Assembly (NCBI GenBank): GCA_963727445.1
Contig: CAVSGI010000005.1
Coordinates: 164,377-228,376, forward strand
DNA length: 64,000 bases
Origin: an uncultured delta proteobacterium
GTDB taxonomy: Bacteria; Myxococcota_A; Polyangia; Polyangiales; B10-G4
Direction: 5' to 3'
The first letter of the stretch is position 1; every line of letters begins with the position of its first letter. A model generated the notes under the pieces. It had not been told where the DNA came from. It did no database searches and saw only the letters and a program-made list of their open reading frames with translations. Positions 1 through 9,190 of the stretch are shown one piece after another. A program made the translations under genes and the position numbers.

Positions 1-1
1 C

Positions 2-217
2 ACCCGCACCGCCATCGCCGATCTCGGCGCGGGCGACCTGGTCTACGACGCCTCGAAGTCGAAGCGCGCGCTCGGCATGAGCTATCGCCCCGCGCGCGAG
101 GTCCTCAGCGACACCTTCCGCTGGCTGCTCTTCCGCAACGCGCTCGCGCCGAAGGTGGACAAGCGCGTCCGCGCGGCGCTCGGCGACGCCGCGTCTCCCG
201 ATCCGAGTTGGAGCTAG
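2..217 (+). CDS. 3' end of probable NAD-dependent epimerase/dehydratase (partial)
   Basis: Frame-2 translation ...LVYDASKSKRALGMSYRPAREVLSDT... resembles extended-SDR C-termini; stop TAG at 215-217. Confidence 0.5.
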   Translation, partial: TRTAIADLGAGDLVYDASKSKRALGMSYRPAREVLSDTFRWLLFRNALAPKVDKRVRAALGDAASPDPSWS

Positions 218-224
218 CGCAGCG

Positions 225-527
225 TTAGGAGAAGACGCTGCCGATCGCGCCATAGAGCGCGAGGGCGCCGACGATCAGCCCGCAGACGATCACCACGCCG
301 ACGATGAGGTTCTCACCCCACGGCGTGAACTTCGCGACCGCGCCGATGCCGGCCAGGCCCGCGAGCAGGACGAACCCGCCGATGCCTCCGGAGACGACGG
401 CGAGGAGGGTCGCGAGCACCATGAGGCCAGCGATGGTGAAGAACAGGATGAAGCTCCGGTTCTGGCCGATGCCCTGCGCCTTCTTGAGCAGCGCGACATC
501 GCGCGCGATCAACCCGTGATCTTCCAT
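225..527 (-). CDS. small hypothetical membrane protein
   Basis: 100-aa ORF with about three hydrophobic segments. Confidence 0.6.
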   Translation of the reverse strand: MEDHGLIARDVALLKKAQGIGQNRSFILFFTIAGLMVLATLLAVVSGGIGGFVLLAGLAGIGAVAKFTPWGENLIVGVVIVCGLIVGALALYGAIGSVFS

Positions 528-595
528 GGGGGAGACGGTATCCGAGCTTGCGCCGGGTTGTCCAGAGGGCGCATCTGGGGTAACCCCGGGCCTCC

Positions 596-1384
596 GTGCC
601 CGAAAGTAGTCAGAAAAAGCCGTTGATCCTGGTGGTCAACGACGACGGGGTGGCCGCACAGGGCAACATCGTCCTGCGGGAGGCCCTTTCGGCGGTCGGG
701 GAGGTCTGGACGGTGGCCCCGGCCCGGGAGCAGAGCACCAACAGCCACTCCCTCACCCTCCACAAGCCCTTGCGCCTCAGCCAGATCGCCGAGCGCGTCT
801 ACGCCGTCAACGGGACCCCCGCCGACTGCACCTACGTGGCCCTCTTCCACCAGGATCTCTTGCCGCGCCGCCCGGACCTCGTGGTCTCCGGCATCAACCA
901 CGGCCCCAACCTCGGCAGCGACATCCACTACTCGGGCACCGTGGCGGCGGCCCGCGAGTCGGCGCTCAAGGGCATCCCCTCCTTCGCGATGAGCGCGCTG
1001 TCGAAGAAGAACCTGGCCGCCTGCGCGGAGATGGGCGCCGAGCTGGTGGCCCGCTTCTGGTCGGCCGAACGACAGGACGGCCCGGCGCCGCTGTTGAACA
1101 TCAACTTCCCCGCCGGGGAGATCCGCGGCATCCGCGCCACGCGTCTCGGCCGCCGCACCTACGACGACACCATCGAGGTGCGCACCGATCCGCGCGGCCG
1201 CGACTACATGTGGATCGGCGGGCCGGGCCCGCGGCCGCACGAGGAGATCGAGGGCTCCGACACCCAGGCCGTCGACCAGGGGTTCGCGTCGATCACGCCG
1301 CTGAACCTCGACGTGACCTACGGCGCCCACTTCGGCATCGCCGCCTGGGTGGCGGGCCAGAGCGACGAGGAGAAGACCGGATGA
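596..1384 (+). CDS. surE: 5'/3'-nucleotidase SurE
   Basis: NDDG, GTPADC, SGINHGPNLG and YSGTVAAA motifs. Confidence 0.95.
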   Translation: MPESSQKKPLILVVNDDGVAAQGNIVLREALSAVGEVWTVAPAREQSTNSHSLTLHKPLRLSQIAERVYAVNGTPADCTYVALFHQDLLPRRPDLVVSGINHGPNLGSDIHYSGTVAAARESALKGIPSFAMSALSKKNLAACAEMGAELVARFWSAERQDGPAPLLNINFPAGEIRGIRATRLGRRTYDDTIEVRTDPRGRDYMWIGGPGPRPHEEIEGSDTQAVDQGFASITPLNLDVTYGAHFGIAAWVAGQSDEEKTG

Positions 1385-1911
1385 GCGACGAACGCATCGC
1401 GCTGATCGAGAAGACGATCCGCGACGTCCCCGACTTTCCGAAGCCGGGGATCCTCTTCAAGGACATCACCCCGATGCTCGCGGACCCGAAGGCCTTCGTG
1501 GCGAGCATCGACGTCTTCGTCGAGCAGTATGCGGAAAACCGTCCGGACGTGATCGTCGGCATCGAGTCGCGCGGCTTCATCTTCGGCGCGGCCCTCGCGG
1601 CGCGGATGTCGGCGAGCTTCGTGCCCGCGCGCAAGCCCGGCAAGCTGCCCTGGAAGACCCACGAGGTCGAGTACGAGCTCGAGTACGGCAAGGACAAGGT
1701 GCAGATGCACGTCGACGCCATCCCCGCCGGCTCGAAGGTGCTCGTGGTCGATGATCTCATCGCCACCGGCGGCACCGCTTGGGCCGCGTGCGAGCTCGTC
1801 AAAAAACAAGGCGGCGACCTGTTGGCCGCCGCCTTCGTGATCGAGCTCGCGGGGCTGAAGGGGAGGGACCGGCTCGGGCAGACGCCAGTCTTCTCAATCC
1901 TCAGCTACTAG
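1381..1911 (+). CDS. apt: adenine phosphoribosyltransferase
   Basis: PDFPKPGILFKDIT, GIESRGF, RKPGKLP and VVDDLIATGGT motifs; ATG 1381 overlaps the surE stop. Confidence 0.95.
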   Translation: MSDERIALIEKTIRDVPDFPKPGILFKDITPMLADPKAFVASIDVFVEQYAENRPDVIVGIESRGFIFGAALAARMSASFVPARKPGKLPWKTHEVEYELEYGKDKVQMHVDAIPAGSKVLVVDDLIATGGTAWAACELVKKQGGDLLAAAFVIELAGLKGRDRLGQTPVFSILSY

Positions 1912-1917
1912 CGCCAG

Positions 1918-2970
1918 TCAGTCCACGTTGTTGATGGCGTCGAGGCGCGGGAGCACCTTCGGCTTCATCGTGTCCACGACCATCTGCGCGATGTCGAAGA
2001 AGTCGACCGGCTTGAGCTCCACCTCCCGGAGGGCGGCCACCAGGTCGATGGTCATCTCCCGGATCCGCGCGTAGCCGATGCCCGCCGGCTGCGTGCCGAG
2101 ATTGAGCTTGGGCGCGAAGCAATCGGTGAAGCGATTCATCGAGGTGCGCTTGACGTAGATGTGCTCGTCCGGGTGGATGAGGGCGCTCGGCGCCGTGGCG
2201 AGCTCCCAGGTCACGTCGAGCTTGCTCGCCTCGAGGACCTGAACGAAGCGCTCGAAGCGCGCCTCGAAGGGGCTGGTGCCGTACAGGAGCGAGAGCAGGG
2301 ACTCGCTCAGGTGGGACAGGAACGCGTCGTCGAGCTTCTGGAGAGGCTCGAGCTGCTTCTTCGTGACGAGGTCGGTGTGCTGCAGCACCTCGAGGAGGGT
2401 GTCGCGCACGCCAGCGTGCTCGCCATCCTTGATCGCCTTCTTGAGCGCCTTCTTCGACAGGCGCTCCTGCGCCTCGGCGATCGCCGCGTCCCGATGGCGC
2501 TTGAGCCGACGGGATGCCTCCACGCCGCGCACGTCCGACTTCCAGGCGTCGCTGTCGAAGCCGCCCGGATGGACCTCGAGGAAGTGCTTCACCAGGGCGT
2601 CGAAGCTGACGGTGGGCTGCTCGTCCTTGGCCGCCGCGGCGCGGTCGCGCGCGTCCATCGACTTGGCGAGCATGGTCTTGAGGCTCGAGATGATGCGGGG
2701 GGTCCCCTCCGGCTTGGGGGAGACGGGCTCGAGCATGTCGTAGTAGCCCTCTTTGAAGACGCGCAGGCGGCCGTCCTGGAACTGGTAGCCGCGGCGGTCG
2801 CGTCGCTCGTAGGCGAGGATGGCAAAGCCCCATTCCTCACGCTTGGCGTGGGAATAGATGGTTTCTGTCGATGCAAAGCTGTGATCCACGGAGAGGCGCT
2901 CCTGACGAACGAGGGAGAAAAAGGGGATTTTGGGGTGCCGTCGATTGCGTTCGACCGCTGGGGCGATCAC
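1918..2970 (-). CDS. hypothetical protein (true start probably ~2890)
   Basis: Long ORF with typical high-GC3 codon use; no family recognised. Confidence 0.7.
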   Translation of the reverse strand: MIAPAVERNRRHPKIPFFSLVRQERLSVDHSFASTETIYSHAKREEWGFAILAYERRDRRGYQFQDGRLRVFKEGYYDMLEPVSPKPEGTPRIISSLKTMLAKSMDARDRAAAAKDEQPTVSFDALVKHFLEVHPGGFDSDAWKSDVRGVEASRRLKRHRDAAIAEAQERLSKKALKKAIKDGEHAGVRDTLLEVLQHTDLVTKKQLEPLQKLDDAFLSHLSESLLSLLYGTSPFEARFERFVQVLEASKLDVTWELATAPSALIHPDEHIYVKRTSMNRFTDCFAPKLNLGTQPAGIGYARIREMTIDLVAALREVELKPVDFFDIAQMVVDTMKPKVLPRLDAINNVD

Positions 2971-3039
2971 GCACCGGACAGCTCCCCCAAACTAATCATT
3001 TGGCCGCTGAAAGCAATAAAGTTGCAATTTCAGTGCTTT

Positions 3040-4541
3040 TTAGTGTGGGGCGTCGAGGGCGGCGTCCAGTTGGGGCGCGCAGGCGGGCTCGGCCAGGCAT
3101 TCGGCCATGGCGGCGATCCGGGCTTCCACGTCCTGTCCGTCCAGCCACAGATCGGGCTGGTAGCCGACGCCCTCGGGGAAGATGTCCGCGTTCGCGTCGG
3201 GATCTTCGTGGACGCGGTGGCCTGCGCTCACGGTGATCCCGCTGTGGGGGAGGCGGTAGGAGCGGAGCTCCCCCACCTTCATCGTGCCGTTGGTGTTCTC
3301 GCCGACGACGACGGTGCCTGGGAAGTGACGCGCGATCAGCACCGAGGTCTCGCACGCCGAGGCGCAGCCGCGGTCGGTGACGAGGAGCAGGCGCCCGCCG
3401 AAGGGCGCGGGCGCTCGCCCTTCGATGATGTCGCGCTCGATCTCCATCTCGCGAAAGGGACCGCGCGTGACCATCGCCTCGTCGAGCTGGCGGCGCGCCT
3501 GGGCGACGCGCCGGGTGAGCCAATCGCGTCCTCCGTCGTCGGCGCTCGTGCTGTGATGGGCGATGCAGCCCCAGAAGTTGAGGGCGCCCTGAAGCGTGAC
3601 CTCGCTCTCGAGGGTGCGGGTTCGAAAATAGGGAAGGCCTTCGCTGGTGAGCTCCTTGAACCAGCGGAGCAGAAAGCGATCGCTGCCGCCGCCCTGACGG
3701 CGCACGTCGAGGACGATCACCTTTTCGTCGCGGAGCGCGGGCCCGGTGGCGACGAAGCGGGCGAGAGCGCCGCCGTAGCTGGTGGCCAGTGAGCGGACGC
3801 GGAGCCAGGGGAAGGGCGCGTCGCGGCGCTCGAAGATGGGGCCGGGCGGGTCGGCGATGTCGACGCGTGAGAGCGCGACCTCGCGCTCTTCCGTCCCGGC
3901 GGCGCTCTCGAAGCGGCAGGTCGTCGCACTCAGGCGCGCGCGAGAGAGGATCACCGGACGCAAGATCACGGCGGCCGGCTCCGAGCCCACGAACGGCTGC
4001 ACGACGTCGGCGGCGGGCGCGTCGCCACAGGCGATCAACCGACGACCTTCCGCGTCGACGAAGCCCTCGCCTTCGCGGCGAAGCACCACGTCGCCGTAAT
4101 ACGCTTGGGCATGCCCGCTGGTTCCGCGCCAGCTCCGGTGGCCTTCGGCGTCGCGAAGCGACAGCCCCAGATGATTGTCGTCCGCGAAGCGCAGCCGCGC
4201 GATCAGCCCGTCGCGAAACTCCACCGGCGAAGCGGGCGCCTCGGGCAGCTCCGCGCGAATCCCCCGAAAAACCTCGGCCCATTCGTCTTCGCTCGCCGCG
4301 ATCTCGAAGCCCGCATAGCCGCGCCGCAGGATGCGTTCGAGCACGTCGACGTCGGAGAGCATCTCCGTCTGACCGACGGTTCGGGCGCGGTGCGACGGCA
4401 ATCGCCCGTGTCCACCAGCAGGTCGCCGTAGAGCGCCCGCGTCTCGGCGCTGACCTCGGGGCGCGCTTCTGCCGCGCCGCACCCCGAGGCGAGCGCGGCC
4501 GAAAGCGCTGCGGCTACTGCGAACGAGATCACGGGTTTCAT
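3040..4541 (-). CDS. S41-family peptidase lipoprotein, one frameshift near 4380
   Basis: Signal/lipobox MKPVISFAV...LASGC in one frame; VLDVRRQGGG, CASACE, GENTNG and EGVGYQPD in another. Confidence 0.75.
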
Positions 4542-4823
4542 CACGTCACGGATGCCCCGAGTCCCTGAACGGTGTTCGCCATTGTGCGGATTGGTCCAAC
4601 TCCAACCCCAATAGTCCAAGCACGGTGTGGACTTCCCACGATGCCGACGACTCGCTGCACTTGAACGTCGGAGCTGTCAGATGCATACAATGAAAGCAGT
4701 ATGCACCCTTCGCTATCGGCGGCGAGCGTTGGGAACAGCAGGCTGGGTGCTAGGGGAACCGTCACTTCGCGAACGAGTGTTCCCCGAAATCCTCACTCAA
4801 GTGGACGAGAGCGGATAGGCTGA

Positions 4824-4961
4824 TTGTTGACGTTCTGTGCGGGGCGGGACCCCGCGACGTTGGGTCCCGACGACCTTGAAGCGTACCTGGTGCACTTGAT
4901 GCGGGACGGAGGCCTGAGCGGTCGCAGCCGAGAGCGTGCACGCGCGGCGCTGCCGTTTTAG
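4824..4961 (+). pseudogene. fragment of tyrosine-recombinase N-terminal SAM-like domain
   Basis: Translates LLTFCAGRDPATLGPDDLEAYLVHLMRDGGLSGRSRERARAALPF*, resembling phage-integrase SAM-like N-termini; no catalytic domain follows. Confidence 0.5.
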
Positions 4962-5013
4962 GAGCGTGATTCAGGATGAGTGGAACGATGGAGACCCACG
5001 TGCGTCTGCGCGA

Positions 5014-6873
5014 TCAGTTTTCGGCAGGGTCGCACGCGACGAAATCGCCCCTCGATGTGCACGTCTCGACTTCGATGGGCGCGCCCGTCGCACCGTCGAG
5101 GACGCGAAGGAGATAGCGGTCGCCTTGGGGAGCGGTCGCTACGCCGAAGCCAGCCATCGGATAGTTGCTCAGGCGCTCGTCGAGCCAACCCGACCCGGAG
5201 GAGTCGCGGAAACCGTACGCAGGCGGCCACGGAGGGCACGCTGCGCGTGCGCACCGCTCCATGAGCGCGGCGCGGACGCCTTTCATGATGAACCAGGCGA
5301 ACCACGTTCTCGCGCAATCTGCTCCTCGAGCAACGACCTCATCTAGAGCGAGGTGCGGCCATAGGCTGGGCGCGCTGCGCACGCGCTCGGCTCTTTCCAT
5401 AGGCATCGCCTCGCCGGGGTCCTCTACGCGGTGCGCGTCGATGCGCCGACCGAAGCAGGTCACCTCCCCGCGACCGTCGAGCGCGCACGCCCAATCGTCC
5501 CCGAGGGCGAGAGCGCGCGCGTCCCCGATCCCGGGAACGGGGGAGGGATCGGCGCCGTTCGCTCCGCGCGCGGAGCTCTGGTGCGCTCCGGCCCCCGATC
5601 CACGCCCCGGTCCCCAGCACCACACCCGCCCATCCTGCCGAGCGATCGCACACGTTTCGGCACCCTGCGCGACGACGAGGTCCGCCGCGGGAATGGAGAC
5701 ACGCACCGGCGTCGCGCTGCTCGCGAGCTCCGACCGCGAGGCGCCCAAGCTCCCACGCTGGTTCTGGCCCCAACAGTAAACGGCCCCACTCCTGACGACG
5801 GCGCAAGCGTGACGCGCCCCGGTCGCAAGCGATACGACATTCGAGATGTCTACCGCCATCGGCCTGGTGGCGCGCGCACAGGGCGGCGGGGGTTCGGCGG
5901 TTGCCTCGTCCGCGAGCGCGTCACAGTCGCTTGCGACCTCGTCCTCACAGAAGAGCTCGTCGTAGTCTTCGTCGTCTTCGCCGTCTTCTCCGTCTGCCTC
6001 ATCACCGGAGCAAGCCAACGCGCGCTCCGCCATGCAGGCAGCGAACGCTTCGCGGCGCCGGGTCTCCTCGTCGGCGGGAAGCTCGTCCTCCGGCGTCCCT
6101 CCCCAGCAATAAACCCGCCCCGATTCGGTGCGGGCACAGCTGAAGAGCGACCCGAGCGCGACGGCGCTCGCTCGTTCGCCGGGAGGGAGAGGAACGCGCG
6201 TGGGACGCTCGACCCACCGGCTCCGCGGATCGGAGGCGCCGCTCTCATGCGAGGCCTCGCGACTCACGGTGAGCTCACTCGCCATCGGGTCCGCTTCGCC
6301 GCACCAGTTCCGGCCCCAACAAAGAACCGCGCCGTCGCGTCGTACGACGCACGCATGGACGCGAACGGCCACGTCGACCGCGGGCCCGGCGACGTCCACG
6401 AGCACCGGAGCAGCAGACTGAAAGGGATGTCGGGCAAGATCACTGCCCCAGCAGCGGACCGCACCACTGGCCTCCACCACGCAGCGTGAGCTCCCGGCCG
6501 CCCCGAGCGCGACGACGTCGACCAGCCCGTCGAGCGTCACGGGCTCGTCAACGCTCCGAAAGGGAGTATTGGCCTGCGTACAGCTCGCTGGCGCGGCGGA
6601 GCGGAGATCGACCGCTCGAACCGCGCCCATGCAGACGAGCTCGCGGTCGCGCCGAACGACGCAGAGCAGATCGTCCTGCCCGAAGAGGGCCTGAACCTCC
6701 CCTCTTCCGCTCGGCCGCCGCGGGTGAAACGGAGGCTCACCTCCTGCGCTCCTTTGGTGAGCCGAGGCGCCGCCACACGCCGCGAGAAGAAGGGCTCCGT
6801 AAACCGCGAGCCACGGGCGGCGGCCCCCGCCCACGCCATCGCTCGCAGGGCCACCTCGGTCGTCCGCGCGCAT
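5014..6873 (-). CDS. RCC1-repeat (beta-propeller) lipoprotein
   Basis: Repeated H(A/S)CA/V..xxGxVxCWGxN motifs; LLAAC lipobox; acidic Cys-rich insert. Confidence 0.8.
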   Translation of the reverse strand: MRADDRGGPASDGVGGGRRPWLAVYGALLLAACGGASAHQRSAGGEPPFHPRRPSGRGEVQALFGQDDLLCVVRRDRELVCMGAVRAVDLRSAAPASCTQANTPFRSVDEPVTLDGLVDVVALGAAGSSRCVVEASGAVRCWGSDLARHPFQSAAPVLVDVAGPAVDVAVRVHACVVRRDGAVLCWGRNWCGEADPMASELTVSREASHESGASDPRSRWVERPTRVPLPPGERASAVALGSLFSCARTESGRVYCWGGTPEDELPADEETRRREAFAACMAERALACSGDEADGEDGEDDEDYDELFCEDEVASDCDALADEATAEPPPPCARATRPMAVDISNVVSLATGARHACAVVRSGAVYCWGQNQRGSLGASRSELASSATPVRVSIPAADLVVAQGAETCAIARQDGRVWCWGPGRGSGAGAHQSSARGANGADPSPVPGIGDARALALGDDWACALDGRGEVTCFGRRIDAHRVEDPGEAMPMERAERVRSAPSLWPHLALDEVVARGADCARTWFAWFIMKGVRAALMERCARAACPPWPPAYGFRDSSGSGWLDERLSNYPMAGFGVATAPQGDRYLLRVLDGATGAPIEVETCTSRGDFVACDPAEN

Positions 6874-6989
6874 GATTGCGCCACCCTAGGGCACGGTTCA
6901 GGATGAACGCAAGGCGCTCTCACACCGGAAAGCGGCCGAGTATCCCTCCCGACAAAGTTGGCGGAGTCACGACCAGTCGAGCGACCTCC

Positions 6990-7057
6990 TCGGTATTGAT
7001 GTTTCCGAAGCTCGTCACGTCGGTGAGGCCCATGGCGTTAGCGACGGTGACCAGCAT
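6990..7057 (-). pseudogene. possible C-terminal fragment of a DUF1552-like protein
   Basis: MLVTVANAMGLTDVTSFGN resembles the DUF1552 C-terminal motif; very short. Confidence 0.3.
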
Positions 7058-7084
7058 TTGTCTGCCGGACGCGGTGCGCGAGGG

Positions 7085-7938
7085 AGCGGAGCTGCGTTTC
7101 GCCCGGTCGGAATCGACGTTCGAGTACTCTACGTCGGTGCGCCGTTACCTCGAGCGGCACGGGCGTCCGGTCGCGTTCTACAGCGACAAGGCGACGATCT
7201 TCCGCGTCAACCGCAAGGACCACGGCGGCTCGGGGCTGACGCAGTTCGGTCGAGCGATGAGCGAGCTGAACATCGATGTGAGCTGCGCCAACACGGCGCC
7301 CGCCAAGGGCCGCGTCGAGCGCGCGCATCAGACGCTTCAGGACCGGCTCGTCAAGGAGCTGCGTCTGGCAGGTGTGAGCACCATCGACGAAGGCAACGCA
7401 TTTCTGCCCACCTTCACCGAGGACTACAATCGACGCTTCGGGCAGGCGCCCATTCGCCGCATGATGCCCACCGCCCTGTCGCGGACGGCGAGGCCCTCGA
7501 CGACATCTTCCGCTTGCAGGCCGAGCGCAAAGTCAGCCGCAACCTGACGCTGCACTACAGGCGAGTGATGTGCCTGCTGGAGCCGACCGCCGAGGCCCAC
7601 GAGGTGAAGAACAAGCGTGTGCGGGTCTACGAGGACGACGACGGCAACGTCAGTATTCGGGCTGGTGATGCCGAGCTCGCCGCACGCCCTTTCGCCAAAG
7701 ACTCGCAAGCCACCATCACTCCCGGCGACATCGTCGACAACAGGCTGCTGGGCGCCGTCCTGACCCAGAACCGGGGCCAGCAACTCGCACGAGAAGAGCA
7801 GCGGCTAGACAAGGCGCGAACCGAGCGCGAGCGACGCCTCGTGAGCAAACGACTCGAGGCCGTGGACGCGACTTCCTGAGGCCCGAACCGGACATCTCTA
7901 CTTAACGCAAGACCGGACATTTCTAACTTGCGTTGGCA
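7085..7938 (+). mobile_element. truncated IS1202/ISNCY-type DDE transposase plus right end
   Basis: HGRPVAFYSDK, TQFGRAMSELNI, AKGRVERAHQTLQDRLVKELRL; frameshift ~7445; stop 7879; end repeats ACCGGACAT(C/T)TCTA at 7887 and 7912, terminating ...GCGTTGGCA at 7938. Confidence 0.85.
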
Positions 7939-7986
7939 TCGGGCGTCCGGGGAAGGGGTTGGCTTCCGTGGAGGCTGGAAACCGGA
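7939..7986 (+). repeat. 48-bp hairpin motif, copy 1
   Basis: TCGGGCGTCCGGGGAAGGGGTTGGCTTCCGTGGAGGCTGGAAACCGGA; 46/48 identical to copy 3. Confidence 0.9.
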
Positions 7987-8204
7987 TCGAGAAGGAAGCG
8001 GCGCGGGTCCGCGAGACGCAGCGCGCCGTCGGGGCCTGCTTCGAGGAACTCCTTGAACGCGTGATGGTCGTCCGTGCTCAGCCGCTCGAACGCTTCGGCT
8101 TCGAGGAGCGCGGGGATAGACACGACCAGGCCCTCGGTCGGCTGGACCATGCCGAGCCAGGTCTCGTGGAAGAAGCGGGCGGCGTTGTCACGGGGGCGGG
8201 TCAT
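7987..8204 (-). pseudogene. N-terminal fragment of a large type IIG/Eco57I-like (DISARM-associated-type) DNA methyltransferase
   Basis: MTRPRDNAARFFHETWLGMVQPTEGLVVSIPALLEA resembles the HxxWLGxxQPxGLVVSxPAL start of such enzymes; cut off exactly at motif copy 1. Confidence 0.55.
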
Positions 8205-8336
8205 CGAGGTCGCCCTCCGGGATCGGAACCACCGAGCGGATGCGCAACTCGCCCGCGCTGCCCCCGATAAGGCCCCCGTGACCGATGGAGCGTTGGGCAC
8301 GGAGCCGCCCGGCGCGCCAACGATCTGGGTGCTATC

Positions 8337-8566
8337 ATGCCGTTGGTGAACACGAGAGACGCCATTCACGCGCTCGTCGACAACCTCGACGACGCGGATC
8401 TCGACAGGGCCAGAAAAGCCCTCGAAGAGATCGCCGTGGTCGAGCTCACCGACGAAGAACGTCGCGAGCTCCTCGCGCGCGCCGCCGCATGCGATCGCGG
8501 CGAAGGCATCGACGCCCGCGAATTCTGGCGAAGCTCCGTGGAGCTCCGCCCGATTCCGACGGTTGA
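8337..8566 (+). CDS. putative addiction-module antitoxin (1-nt deletion near 8526)
   Basis: ELTDEERRELLARAAACDRGEGIDAREF continues as LAKLRGAPPDSDG* in another frame. Confidence 0.65.
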
Positions 8567-8897
8567 GATCGCTCCCGAGGTCGTCGTCGAAATCGAGCGT
8601 GCTCGCGACTGGTGGCTCGCGAATCGGGACAAGGCCCCCGCGGCCTTCGACGACGAGCTCGCGGACGTGATCCAGGACCTCGAGACGTTCCCCATCCTCA
8701 TCGGCGTCCCCACCGACACTCCGAACGTCTGGCGCGCCTACCTGAAGCGCACGCGCTTCTTCGTCTACTTTCGGTACTTGAAGGCAAGAGACCGAGTGCA
8801 GGTGCTCGCCCTATGGCACTCGACGGAGGTGGCGATCCGCTTCGAGGCGAAGCCCAGACGGCGAGAAGTGGCAACTACGGACACGGGCCCCAGCTGA
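8538..8897 (+). CDS. RelE/ParE-family toxin
   Basis: EIERARDWW...AFDDELADVIQDLETFP...RTRFFVYFRY...VQVLALWH pattern. Confidence 0.75.
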   Translation: MELRPIPTVEIAPEVVVEIERARDWWLANRDKAPAAFDDELADVIQDLETFPILIGVPTDTPNVWRAYLKRTRFFVYFRYLKARDRVQVLALWHSTEVAIRFEAKPRRREVATTDTGPS

Positions 8898-8937
8898 CCG
8901 TCTCACAAAACACCCAACCCGCGTCGTAGAGTGCCGG

Positions 8938-8985
8938 CGGGGCGTCCGGTGAAGTGGTTGGCGTCCGTAGAGGCTGGAAACCGGA
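8938..8985 (+). repeat. 48-bp hairpin motif, copy 2 (diverged)
   Basis: CGGGGCGTCCGGTGAAGTGGTTGGCGTCCGTAGAGGCTGGAAACCGGA; 42/48 identical to copy 1. Confidence 0.85.
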
Positions 8986-9163
8986 GCACCACCAGCACAT
9001 CGTGACGCCGATCGACGAAGACAGCTGCGTGCTCCGAGACGACATCGAGTACGAGCTCCCCATGGGCGTGCTCGGGCGGATCTTCGGCAAGCCCATCGCA
9101 GAGCGACAGCTGCAGCGGCTCTTCGAATACCGACACCGCGTGACGCGGCAGGCGTGCGAATGA
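8986..9163 (+). pseudogene. C-terminal fragment of an SRPBCC-family protein
   Basis: HHQHIVTPIDEDSCVLRDDIEYELPMGVLGRIFG...LQRLFEYRH; 5' part missing, begins at motif copy 2. Confidence 0.7.
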
Positions 9164-9190
9164 CGGGTTGCGCCGTGATACCGTCTCGAC

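Noticed and set aside
7939..7986. 48-bp motif as a tRNA/tmRNA 3' fragment (reverse complement contains ...GGAAGCCA)
   Set aside because: No T-loop (GTTCGA) or acceptor-stem match and no intact parent RNA visible; cannot be fully excluded without Rfam
8337..8897. Natural antitoxin-toxin fusion protein (186-aa ORF)
   Set aside because: Restoring one base near 8526 gives a normal antitoxin ending LAKLRG...* overlapping a separate toxin; indels are pervasive in this sequence
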